A stretch of 39,099 nucleotides of DNA from an uncultured Actinomycetes bacterium. Its GTDB lineage: Bacteria > Actinomycetota > Thermoleophilia > UBA2241. A program made the translations under genes and the position numbers. Within the stretch, counting starts at the first letter, position 1, and each line of letters starts with the position of its first letter. Under the pieces are notes generated by a model, which was given only the letters and a program-made list of their open reading frames with translations, was not told the origin of the DNA and searched no databases. This document shows positions 30,436 to 39,099 of this stretch, one piece after another. The stretch lies in the NCBI GenBank assembly GCA_963755025.1, contig CAVWIH010000005.1:1-39099 (forward strand), given 5' to 3'.

Positions 30436-31721
30436 GCTGTCTCCTTGGTCTCCTGTAGCGTAGCAGACGCGCGACGACGGCAGGGCTTCGCGCGCCGCGC
30501 CGCTCGCGCCTGCGGCGGCCCGCCAGTGCGAGGATGAGCAGCATGGCGGTCCCCAGCCCGATCACGACGGCGAAGGGCAGGCCGAAGGAGAGGCGGTAGA
30601 GCGCCGCCGCCGAGGAGCGAGCCGCAGGCGGTCGGCACGCCCATGCTGGCGTCGAAGACGGCGTAGCCCCACACCGGCGGCACTGAGCCGAAGGAGCGGC
30701 TGACGATGCCGGCCGTGACGAAGCGGAACGAGTCGAAGGCGCCGTAGAAGAACACGGCGAGCGCCCAGCCCGGCGGCCCCCAGCCGGCCAGCATGAGGAC
30801 CGCGCCCAGCACGAGGCAGCCGATCGTGAGGCCGATGCCCTGGCGGTGGCCGCGCAGGTCGGTGGCGCGGCCGGCGACGAACGTGATGACGCTGCCGCCC
30901 AGGGCGCCGATGCCGGCCAGGATGCCGAGCGAGGTGTAGCCGAGGTGGTGCACCTGCGCGAAGTAGGGCTGCACGAAGGGCGCCGCCAGGTAGACGGTGA
31001 GAAAGCCGCCGAAGAAGAAGATGAGGTTGCGCCGAAAGACGCGGTTGCCGAGCAGATCGGCGAGCTTCCAGGGGCGTCCGGCGGCGTGGTAGGGCGTGTC
31101 CTTGATGAGGCATGATGACGATCGACGAGGCCACGTAGAAGCCATCGCGATCACGAACACCAGGCGCATGCCGTAATGACCGGCGATCCAGCCGCCGGCC
31201 AGCGGACCGATCGCCATGCCCAGCGGAAAGCTCGCGAACACGTACGAGATGTTGCGCGCCATGCGAGCCGGCTCCGACTTGAGCATGATGTAGACCTTGA
31301 ACGCCGGGTTGTTGGCCATGTAAAGCCCGGTCAGCAGGTACCCGGGGATCAGCCAGGGCCAGCTCGGCGCCAGCGCGAAACACAGCGCGGTCGGCACCGT
31401 GAGCCACCACACCCAGACGATGATGGGCTTGAGGCGGATGTGGTCCGCCGCCCAGGCGCCGGGCAGGTAGCCCAGCGCCGTCATGACGAGCTGGATGGCC
31501 ACGAGCGCGCCGATCATGAAGCGCGGCGCGCCCAGGTTCTTGATCGCGTAGACGTTCAGGAGCTGGTAGTAGAGTCCCAGACCCAGCGAGAACAGCAGGC
31601 TCGACCAGAAGGCGAGCCACAGGTCGCGGCCAAAGCCGGCGGGCGGCGCCTCGGCGCCGGCTGTCGCGCGGCCTTCAGGCATGGAGGGCGCCGCGTACGG
31701 CGCGGGGCGAGTGTTGCTCAC
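30432..31721 (-). CDS. MFS transporter (several compensating frameshifts)
   Basis: About 12 hydrophobic segments; motif A-like GAWAADHIRLK and GRATDLRGHR; ATGA overlap with the YhaM-like gene. Confidence 0.82.
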   Translation of the reverse strand: MSNTRPAPYAAPSMPEGRATAGAEAPPAGFGRDLWLAFWSSLLFSLGLGLYYQLLNVYAIKNLGAPRFMIGALVAIQLVMTALGYLPGAWAADHIRLKPIIVWVWWLTVPTALCFALAPSWPWLIPGYLLTGLYMANNPAFKVYIMLKSEPARMARNISYVFASFPLGMAIGPLAGGWIAGHYGMRLVFVIAMASTWPRRSSSCLIKDTPYHAAGRPWKLADLLGNRVFRRNLIFFFGGFLTVYLAAPFVQPYFAQVHHLGYTSLGILAGIGALGGSVITFVAGRATDLRGHRQGIGLTIGCLVLGAVLMLAGWGPPGWALAVFFYGAFDSFRFVTAGIVSRSFGSVPPVWGYAVFDASMGVPTACGSLLGGGALPPLLRPALRRRDRAGDRHAAHPRTGGPPQARAARRAKPCRRRASATLQETKETA

Positions 31722-31891
31722 GTGGGGACATCGCGGCCCTCAGTCTAGCAGCGCGAGGTCTCCGCGGCCGCGCCGTGGGTGCTAGGCGGCGGGCATCACA
31801 AGACGCCGCACTGAGGGTGGCGCGGCGGTGGACAGTACGACGGCCGCGGCGGGCGGCGGTGCGGCAGGCGGGGCATCGCGGACCTCGAGAC

Positions 31892-31931
31892 AAAGCGAGG
31901 GGCGGGGAGCCGGTTGGCGCCCCGCCCCTCG
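31892..31931 (-). terminator. Terminator hairpin of the small-ORF transcript
   Basis: 12-bp stem CGAGGGGCGGGG/CCCCGCCCCTCG, followed by CTTTG on the minus strand. Confidence 0.7.
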
Positions 31932-31975
31932 GGCGGCTTGACGAAAGACAGCCGCTTTTCAGGTGAGCTTGTTGC

Positions 31976-32020
31976 TCAGAAGACGACTGCCTTCCGTCTT
32001 GCTACCTCGGAATATGCCAT
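31976..32020 (-). CDS. Unannotated 14-aa small ORF MAYSEVARRKAVVF
   Basis: Perfect SD AGGAGGT (32032-32026) 5 nt before the ATG; TATACT -10 at 32101-32096; flanked by a 5' hairpin and 3' hairpins. Confidence 0.6.
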   Translation of the reverse strand: MAYSEVARRKAVVF

Positions 32021-32423
32021 CAGCCACCTCCTGTCGTCGACTACGGGCCACGCCCCGGTCGAGCGTTCAACATCACAAGACCGGAGCGTGCCGGCAGTAT
32101 AAGCCTTTTCGCCGCTGAAAACACCCGATTCGACCGGCGCCCTCGAGACCGTCCCTGCGTCAGATCCGCCCACCGCGCTACAGGAACCCGTGCGCGGCCC
32201 GACAGATCCGTGCGCGGTGTGACGGATCCGTGCGACGCCCGCAGCCGCCGGCCGCCGCGCCCGCAGCCGCCGGCCGCCGCGCCCGCAGCCGTCGCGGCGG
32301 CCCGCTTTGCGGATAGGATGGGAGTTGCGCCGGGAACATCTCCGGCGACGGTCGACGCGCGGGACGCGCCAGGCGCCGGCGGCGGGCCGCAGGCCCGCCG
32401 CAGCTTGAGACGAAAGGATCACA

Positions 32424-33235
32424 GTGGCCGATCTGCGTATCGGGGGCATGGCCCTGAGGGACGGAGTGCTCCTGCAAAGCCAGGACAACTGGGCGGCCGC
32501 CATTCGGCTGCCCGACGGGAACGTCGAGGTGTGCTCGGGCGCGCGGAGCCGCCTGCCGGGCCGCGCCGTGCTCGAACGCGTACCGGTGGTGCGCGGCGTG
32601 GGCCGCCTGATCGAGACGGTGACCGCCCTGCCCGCCATGCGGCGCGGCTTGGGGCGCAGCGTGCTGCCCCAGGAAGAACCGGCCGTGGTCGCGGCCGCGG
32701 TGGCGAGCGCGGTGGCCACCGTGGCGTTGCGCAAGACCATGAAGTCGGCGCCGCTCGCGCGCGAGCTGGCCATCACGGCGCTGTCGATCGCGCCGGCCCT
32801 GCTCGCCGTGCGCATGACCGAGCTGTCGCGGTTCCACGGCGCCGAGCACAAGAGCGTGGCGGCCTTTGAGACCGGCGGCGACCCCAGGACGGCGGCCAAA
32901 GAGCACGACCGCTGCGGCACCAACCTGCTCGGCCCCATCATGCTCACCAACCTGGCGGGCGGCCTTGTGCTGCGCGCCACGGGGCGCGACGACCAGCCGC
33001 TGCCGACCCTGTTCATGGGGCTCGTCTCGCTGGGGTCGGCCTTCGAGATCTTCTCGTGGATGAGCCGCCATCAGGGGACACCCGCTGGCCGATGCGCTGC
33101 GCGCGCCCGGCCTTGCGCTGCAGCGCCTGCTCACCACTCGCGAACCCACGCGGCGAACAGCTCGACGTCGCTCAGGCGGCGCTTGGTGAGTTGCTGCGCC
33201 GCGAGGGTGCGGAGCCGGCTGCGGCGGCAGTCTAG
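32424..33235 (+). CDS. DUF1385-like membrane protein (frameshifts near 33080 and 33150)
   Basis: LRIGGMALRDGVLL, RFHGAEHKSV, HDRCGTN. The shifted frames give PGLALQRLLTTREP...QLDVA, with stop TAG 33233-33235. Confidence 0.8.
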
Positions 33236-33256
33236 CGGATACGTCGCGCGTCTGGG

Positions 33257-33340
33257 CCGCCGATCGACTACGTCGTCGGCGCTCAAGCTGGCGGGGCTTA
33301 CGCTGCGCGCTTAGTCCGCCGATCGACCACGTCGTCGGCG
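33257..33340. repeat. Two 25-bp palindromic repeats, 59-bp period
   Basis: CCGCCGATCGACyACGTCGTCGGCG at 33257 and 33316, between convergent genes. Confidence 0.75.
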
Positions 33341-33820
33341 GCCGCGCTTAGTCGCGGGGCTGGCTCTCGCGTTCGCTCGAGGCGCACGCGACGGCGCTGC
33401 TTCGGCGGCCGCCCAGCGGCGTCGCTCGACCTCGCCTTCGACCACGAGCTCGGGCACCTGCGTGGGCCGGCCGTCGGCGCCCAGGGCGACGTACACGAGG
33501 TACGCGGAGTTGGTGTGCACAGTGATGCCGGTGTTCAGGTCTTCGGCTTCGACGCGCACGCCGATCTCCATCGAGGTGTGTCCGGCCCAGTTGACCGAGG
33601 CCTTGAAGACGACCAGGCTGCCCATCTCGACGGGCACGCGAAACGTGGTGCGGTCGATGGCGGCGGTGACCACGCGGGTGCGCGCGAACCGGTAGGCGCA
33701 GCAGCCGGCGGCTTCGTCGATGAACTTGAGGATGATGCCGCCGTGGATGTTGCCCATGAAGTTGGCGTAGGCCGGCAGCATGAGCGACGAGAGCTCGACG
33801 GCCGTGGCGGAGCCGCGCAC
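33311..33820 (-). CDS. HotDog-fold acyl-CoA thioesterase (YciA-like); ends approximate
   Basis: MLPAYANFMGNIHGGIILKFIDEAA, VVTAAID, ASVNWAGHTSMEIGVRVEAE. Confidence 0.9.
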   Translation of the reverse strand: MRGSATAVELSSLMLPAYANFMGNIHGGIILKFIDEAAGCCAYRFARTRVVTAAIDRTTFRVPVEMGSLVVFKASVNWAGHTSMEIGVRVEAEDLNTGITVHTNSAYLVYVALGADGRPTQVPELVVEGEVERRRWAAAEAAPSRAPRANARASPATKRGRRRRGRSAD

Positions 33821-33857
33821 GGCGCCGTCGATGTGATCGGGCGCGTGGTGGGGCGAC

Positions 33858-34055
33858 TCAGACGTCGAACGACCCCGGGAGACGACGGCGCCGACGATCG
33901 CGGACCTCGCGGCCGCCGCCACCGGAACGGTCGCTGCGGCGGTCGCCTTTGCGACGATCCATGATGACCGTGATGTTGGGATTGTCTTTGTAGCGCTCGA
34001 CCAGGCGGGCGTACACCTCTTCGCCGAGCTCGGGCGGCACGACTGAGTAGATCAC
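33858..34055 (-). CDS. 65-aa hypothetical protein with DRR repeats
   Basis: TAGATT -10, SD GAGGAGG and GTG at 34055: MIYSVVPPELGEEVYARLVERYKDNPNITVIMDRRKGDRRSDRSGGGGREVRDRRRRRLPGSFDV. Confidence 0.75.
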   Translation of the reverse strand: MIYSVVPPELGEEVYARLVERYKDNPNITVIMDRRKGDRRSDRSGGGGREVRDRRRRRLPGSFDV

Positions 34056-34331
34056 CTGAGCCTCCTCACAGCAGGGCCAATCTACCAGAACCACCGGGCT
34101 CCGTCACCGCTAGTGGCGCGGGCCCCGGGAAAGGGTACGGGCCCGGGCTCTGCGCGCCGTCCCGGTAGCGAGGCGGCTTGCGGAACCCGGGCCCGTTTGA
34201 AGGGGGTGTCCGCAGTATCGGCAGGCAGCGCGCACGACTTTAGTGCTGCCTCTATCGTGGCGGCTTGCGCCTGCCGACAACGAATGCGGATGCAACGAGG
34301 GCGATAGCCCTCTGTCGGCAGCGGGAGCGCA

Positions 34332-36095
34332 ATGACCACCGGAGACGATCTGAGCACCGACACAGCGGCGCAGGGCGACGAGCGCTCAGCGGCGCAGGGC
34401 GACGAGCGCTCAGCGGCGCCGGGCGACGACCCCGCCGCACGCGACGGCGACTCGCCCGCGGGGGGCGACGACGCCGCGCCCGTAGAGCGCCGCCACGCCG
34501 CGCCCGACGCCATGACCGACGCCGACGAGGCCCTGGTGGCCGCGCTTGCGTCGCCGGGTGGCCTGACCGCCTTCGTGACCGAGGTCGGACGGGTGCTCGA
34601 CATCTGGCTCGTCGACATCTGGGCGTTCGACCGCGAGCGCGATGCCGTGGTCTACGAAGCCGTCTGGCGGCGCGACGGCGCCAGCGCGACCGAGCTCGCC
34701 GCCGTGGGCACTCGCGTGGCCTTGAGCGAGCGCCCCGACCTGGGACTCGTCCTCGAAAGCCCCGGACTCGTGGCTCGCCACGTCGACGATCCCGACCTCG
34801 CGCCCGAAACCCTCGCCCTCATGAAGCGTCGCGGCTACCGGAGCTGCTACGACGTCCCGCTGTTCGACGGCCGCACGGTGATGGGCGTGCTCGGCCTGGT
34901 CGAGCGCCGGGCCGTGCGCCGCTTGAACGACGCCGAGCTCGCCCTGCTCGAGCGCGTCTGCCGCCTGGCGGCGCTCGGCGCGCGCGCCGCCTGGGAGCGG
35001 CGCGTGAGCGACGAGCGCGCCGACCATCTCATGACCCTGGTCGAATCGGGCCGGGCGCTGGCCGCCACCTTTGGCCAGGGCGAGACCCTGGGCTCGGTCC
35101 GCGCGGAGATCGCCCGGCTGCTGCCCGGGGTGGAGCACGAGATCGAAGTGTGGCTGCGCCGCGAGGACGAGTGGTTCGTGCCCATGGGCTTCGACGCCGA
35201 GGGGTTGCCGCGCGGCGACGTCGGCGGTCCGCCCCCCGCGCTGGCGGTCAAGGCCATGGCGCGGCACCGTCCGGCGCAGTCGCGCCTGAACGGCGAGCCC
35301 ACCAGGCTGATCGTGCCGCTGGTCGTCTCGGGCGAGGGCGTGGGCTACATCGACATCCACGGTCGGCCTTTGCGGCGCTTCTCGACCGAAGAGCTCGCCG
35401 TGTTGCAGGTGCTCGCCGATCACGTGGCCGTCGCGCTCGAGCTCAAACGGCTCGGACGGAGCCTCGACCGGCAGGCGGCGGTCGACACCGTCACCGGCTT
35501 CTTCAACCGCTGGTACTTCTACGAGCGTCTCTACTCCGAGACGGCTCGGGCGAACCGCTACAAGCAGCCGCTGTCGGTCGTGCTGGTGGGCATCGACGGC
35601 TTCGAGAAGTTCATGATCGGCCGCGGCAAGCTGGCCGGCGACGCCGTGCTGCGGGCCATCGCCCGGCTGCTCACGGCGAGCCTGCGCCGCAAGGTCGACG
35701 TGGCCTGCGTGCACGGCGTCGGCGAGTTCGCGCTGCTGCTGCCCAGCACGCCGCCGGCCAAGCCCGGCGCGGCGCTTGTCGCCCTGCGGCTGCGCGCCGC
35801 GATCGCCGGCATGGAGCTGCGCGACGAAGACCACGAGGTGCTCGGCCGTTTTACGCTCAGCGTGGGCGTCGCGGGGTTCCCGCGCCACGCCGAAGACGCC
35901 GACGAGCTCGGCGGCTTCGCCGTCGAGGCGCTCGCCCAGGCCAGGGCGCTCGGCGGCGACCGCGTGCAGGTCTGGGGCGCCCCGTCCGACGCCTTCCTTG
36001 CCGACGACCCCGACGAGGGCGAGGTGGCGCCCGACGAGCCGTCGCGCGACGATTCGATCGACGCGCTCATCCTGCCGCCCGACTGGGACGACTAG
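34332..36095 (+). CDS. GAF-GAF-GGDEF protein with a degenerate active site
   Basis: Two GAF-like regions (SCYDVPL..VMGVLGL; LIVPLVVSGEGVGYI). GGDEF fold DTVTGFFNR, GDAVLR, RKVDVACVHGVGEF, TLSVGVA. N-terminal 24-bp repeats (SAAQGDER). Confidence 0.88.
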   Translation: MTTGDDLSTDTAAQGDERSAAQGDERSAAPGDDPAARDGDSPAGGDDAAPVERRHAAPDAMTDADEALVAALASPGGLTAFVTEVGRVLDIWLVDIWAFDRERDAVVYEAVWRRDGASATELAAVGTRVALSERPDLGLVLESPGLVARHVDDPDLAPETLALMKRRGYRSCYDVPLFDGRTVMGVLGLVERRAVRRLNDAELALLERVCRLAALGARAAWERRVSDERADHLMTLVESGRALAATFGQGETLGSVRAEIARLLPGVEHEIEVWLRREDEWFVPMGFDAEGLPRGDVGGPPPALAVKAMARHRPAQSRLNGEPTRLIVPLVVSGEGVGYIDIHGRPLRRFSTEELAVLQVLADHVAVALELKRLGRSLDRQAAVDTVTGFFNRWYFYERLYSETARANRYKQPLSVVLVGIDGFEKFMIGRGKLAGDAVLRAIARLLTASLRRKVDVACVHGVGEFALLLPSTPPAKPGAALVALRLRAAIAGMELRDEDHEVLGRFTLSVGVAGFPRHAEDADELGGFAVEALAQARALGGDRVQVWGAPSDAFLADDPDEGEVAPDEPSRDDSIDALILPPDWDD

Positions 36096-36151
36096 GCGCG
36101 ACCGACGACGAAGCCGATCGACGGACTGGGCACCCGATGCGCCGCCCACGT

Positions 36152-36168
36152 TTTACACGCCCCTGACA
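36152..36168 (+). promoter_or_regulatory. Candidate OmpR/PhoB-type direct-repeat box
   Basis: TTTACA-cgccc-CTGACA with 11-bp period, upstream of the response regulator. Confidence 0.4.
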
Positions 36169-36364
36169 CAGGCGCCGAGCGCGGCTGACCTGCGCCCGCC
36201 ATCATCGCCTCCGAGCAGTCAGCACGACTCACGAGGAGGGGACCATGGCCACCGTCACGGCGCACCGCCGACGAGGCCGGCTTGATACGATGCCGGCAGA
36301 CGACCCGCTCGCCACGAGCGACACCGCGCGCCACGGGCGGCGTGCACGTCCCGCCGGGAGACTC

Positions 36365-37039
36365 ATGAGCGCGACCGTTCTGATCGTCGAAGACGAGTTC
36401 AACATCGGCAAGCTGGTGCGCACCTACCTCGAGCGCGACGGCTACGCGGTCGTGTGGGTGGAGAGCGGCGAGGACGCCCTCGTCGAGCTGCGGCGACACG
36501 CCATCGACCTCGTCGTGTTAGACGTCGGCCTGCCGGGCATCGACGGCTTCGAAGTCTGCCGCCGCGTGCGCGCTTCGTCGACGGTGCCGGTCATCATGCT
36601 GACCGCCCGCGACGAAGAGACCGACCGCGTCGTGGGCCTCGAACTGGGCGCCGACGACTACGTGCCCAAGCCGTTCAGCCCGCGCGAGCTCGTCGCTCGC
36701 GTCAAGGCGGTGCTGCGCCGCACGCAGCCCGCCGCCCGCGCCGCCGCCGAGCGCCTCGTCTGCGGCACGGTCGAGCTGCGCGCCGACGCCCGCGAGGCTT
36801 CGCGGGCGGGCGTCGCGCTCGACCTGACCATGAAAGAGTTCGATCTGCTGGCCTGCTTTCTGGAGCACGCCGGCCTGGCGCTCACTCGCGAGCAGCTGCT
36901 CGAGCAGGTCTGGGGACTCGAGTTCCCGGGCGGTACGCGCACCGTCGACCAGCACGTCGCGCAGCTGCGCGCCAAGCTCGGCGAGGCGGCCACCATCGAG
37001 ACGCTGCGCGGCGTCGGCTACAAGCTGGTGAAGCCGTGA
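36365..37039 (+). CDS. OmpR/PhoB-family response regulator (alternative start 36245)
   Basis: LIVEDE, LDVGLPGIDG, MLTAR, GADDYVPKPF; winged helix RTVDQHVAQLRAKLG...TLRGVGY. Confidence 0.95.
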   Translation: MSATVLIVEDEFNIGKLVRTYLERDGYAVVWVESGEDALVELRRHAIDLVVLDVGLPGIDGFEVCRRVRASSTVPVIMLTARDEETDRVVGLELGADDYVPKPFSPRELVARVKAVLRRTQPAARAAAERLVCGTVELRADAREASRAGVALDLTMKEFDLLACFLEHAGLALTREQLLEQVWGLEFPGGTRTVDQHVAQLRAKLGEAATIETLRGVGYKLVKP

Positions 37040-39015
37040 GCGGCTTCGACGCTTTGCCGCCGGTCGCCCCGCCGCCGCCGGCCCCCGACGCCGGCGCGCT
37101 TGACCGGCGTGTCCTGCGCACCGCCGCCGCCCTCGTGCTGGTCCCCTGCCTGCTGTTCGCGGCGGTCGTGATGCTGGCGCTGGTCGCGCGCGGGAATGGG
37201 GTCGGGGAGGCCGGCTTCGCGGCCGACGACTCGTTGAAGCCACTCGTTGTCGTGCTCGGTCTGCTCGTGGCGGTCGGCGTGGTGGCCGCGCTCATCGTGG
37301 TCCTGAGAGACCGCCCTGCCGAGGCCCCATCGAACGTCGCCTCGAGCCCGGTCGCACGGTCGCGGGCCACGTCGGTGGGTACGCGCGCGTTCGTGGTCAT
37401 GCTGATCGTGGTGCTGATCCCGTCGGTCTGTCTGGCCTCGTTCGGCGCGTGGGCGTATTTCAGGAGCTGGGATCGCGCGCAGACGCTTTACGAGGAGCAG
37501 GCGAGCTACCGGGCCCTCATGCTGCAGAACGAGATCGTCGGCCTGTCGAAGTCGCCGGCGCGGTTCACGGCCGCGCAGCGCGCGCTGCTGTCGACGGCGA
37601 TCGCTTATCAGAACAGCAGCTACGACCAGCTGGACGGAGCCGTCGCGACGACCCTCGACCAGATCCGCGCCGACAAGTCACTAGCGCCGGTGATCGTGCG
37701 CGCCCTGCTGCGCCAGGGCTATGCGCTGGCCATGGACCGGAAGCTCGTCTCGGCCCCGACGGCGGCCGACATCGTGGCTTGGGTCGGTCCGGGCGGAGGC
37801 GTCTTGGTCTACGCCCCGGGCTGGGACGGGTCGTCGGCCAGCATCGCGCCGTACGCGCCGGCGGGACGGCTCTTGTGGCTCGGACTGACCGGCCTCGCGC
37901 TGACCGCCATGCTTGGGCTCCTCGGCTCGTGGATCCTCTCGCGCACTGTGGTGCGGCCGGTGCGCCGGCTTGCCGAGGCGAGCGGCCGGCTCGCCGAAGG
38001 CGAAGCCGGCGTCACCGTCACCCCGACCGGCCCTCGCGAGCTGCGCGACCTCGCGGTCGCCTTCAACGACATGAACGCCAAGATGACCAAAGCCCAGGAG
38101 GCCGAGCAGTCGTTCCTGCTCTCGGTCAGCCACGAGCTGAAGACGCCGCTCACCTCTATCCGCGGCTACGCCGAGGGCCTTGCCGACGGCGCCCTGCCGG
38201 CGGCCGAGGGCGCCGCCGTGATCGGCGCCGAATCGGCGCGTCTCGAGCGCCTGGTCGGCGACCTGCTCGACTCGGCGCGCATGCGCAAGAGCGCCTTCAC
38301 GGTGCGTCGCGAGACGGTCGATCTGGCGGCCGTCGCCCGGGAGGTGGCGCGCCGCTACGAGACGACGGCGCACGACGACGGCCTCAGCCTGCTGCTCAAG
38401 CTCGCGCCCGAGAGCCTCGCCACGGCCGATCACGGACGCGTCCTGCAGGTGGTCTCCAACCTGGTCGAGAACGCCGTGCGCTGCACGCCGTCGCCGGGCT
38501 CGGTCACCATCAGCACCGCGCCCGGTCTGGTCTCGGTGTCGGACACCGGCCAGGGCCTGACCAACGACGACCTGCCGCGCGCCTTCGAGCGCTTCTACCT
38601 CTACAGCCGCTACGGGCACCAGCGGCCGGTGGGCACCGGCCTGGGCCTCGCCATCGTCAAGGAGCTCAGCGAGGCCATGGACGGCCGGGTGCGGGTCTCG
38701 AGCGCCGTAGGCGTCGGGACCGCGTTCACCGTCGAGCTGCCGCTCGCCGAGGGCCGGCCGCCGGGCGAGGCCCCGACCGAGGCGCCGGACGGGGCGCCGA
38801 CCGAGGTGACGACGACCGACGTCACGATGGCGGCCGGGGCGACTCCTGCGGGCGACGCGCGGCCCGTGACCGAGGCGACGACGACTGACGTCACACCCGC
38901 GACCGAGGCGACCATGGCGACCACGGCAACCGATTGGGCGGAGCTCGCCGCGCCCGCCAGCGACGTTAAGGAACCCTCTGCGGTCGTCGTCGACCCTTCC
39001 GGCGATGGCGAGTGA
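37036..39015 (+). CDS. HAMP-domain sensor histidine kinase
   Basis: TM segments, HAMP, H-box SHELKTPLTSI, N-box NLVENAVR, DTGQG, FERFY, GTGLGL; low-complexity Thr-rich tail. Confidence 0.93.
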   Translation: MSGFDALPPVAPPPPAPDAGALDRRVLRTAAALVLVPCLLFAAVVMLALVARGNGVGEAGFAADDSLKPLVVVLGLLVAVGVVAALIVVLRDRPAEAPSNVASSPVARSRATSVGTRAFVVMLIVVLIPSVCLASFGAWAYFRSWDRAQTLYEEQASYRALMLQNEIVGLSKSPARFTAAQRALLSTAIAYQNSSYDQLDGAVATTLDQIRADKSLAPVIVRALLRQGYALAMDRKLVSAPTAADIVAWVGPGGGVLVYAPGWDGSSASIAPYAPAGRLLWLGLTGLALTAMLGLLGSWILSRTVVRPVRRLAEASGRLAEGEAGVTVTPTGPRELRDLAVAFNDMNAKMTKAQEAEQSFLLSVSHELKTPLTSIRGYAEGLADGALPAAEGAAVIGAESARLERLVGDLLDSARMRKSAFTVRRETVDLAAVAREVARRYETTAHDDGLSLLLKLAPESLATADHGRVLQVVSNLVENAVRCTPSPGSVTISTAPGLVSVSDTGQGLTNDDLPRAFERFYLYSRYGHQRPVGTGLGLAIVKELSEAMDGRVRVSSAVGVGTAFTVELPLAEGRPPGEAPTEAPDGAPTEVTTTDVTMAAGATPAGDARPVTEATTTDVTPATEATMATTATDWAELAAPASDVKEPSAVVVDPSGDGE

Positions 39016-39099
39016 GCGGCCGGTCCGGCGGGTCTACCACGCCCACCGGGTGAGCCGGCGCCGGCGCCGCCGGCGCCGGCGCCTCTTCGCGGTGCTGGT

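Noticed and set aside
31930-31978. UGA of the 14-aa ORF as selenocysteine
   Set aside because: Readthrough gives no recognisable protein and runs into the terminator. The downstream hairpin loop (UUUC) lacks the SECIS G.
34110-34330. c-di-GMP-I riboswitch, tRNA or SRP RNA in the intergenic region
   Set aside because: The GCAAAC/GACGCAAAG-type core, a cloverleaf and the SRP GGAA loop motif are all missing. It is kept only as an unknown structured candidate.

Overview
High-GC chromosomal window that looks actinobacterial (possibly Thermoleophilia-like; this is an inference). It has many single-base frameshifts that look like long-read indel errors. From left to right it holds: a Btu/Fec-type ABC importer; mmsA with a TetR regulator and palindromic operators; an Opp/Dpp peptide ABC system with a dipeptide epimerase and an SxxK serine hydrolase; a b6-type split Rieske/cytochrome b operon with a diheme lipoprotein cytochrome c, interrupted by an intact IS5-family element inserted exactly at the cytochrome b6 stop codon (CTAG duplication); fabI; an ECF sigma/anti-sigma pair; murB; Rrf2-metY-metX-metW; a cold-shock gene; an MBL hydrolase; a ferredoxin; a BCP peroxiredoxin; aspA; a YhaM-like nuclease; an MFS transporter; a DUF1385-like gene; a thioesterase; a small DRR-repeat protein; a degenerate GAF-GGDEF protein; and an OmpR-type two-component system. 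The best signals not shown by the ORF track are: (1) a selenocysteine BCP with UGA at the catalytic position followed by a SECIS-like hairpin; (2) a self-contained ~200-nt transcription unit encoding a 14-aa peptide; (3) a possible c-di-GMP receptor module made of the DRR-repeat protein, a catalytically dead GGDEF with an intact I-site, and a switch-like intergenic RNA; (4) an ECF sigma factor that appears to start at a non-canonical ATC codon.
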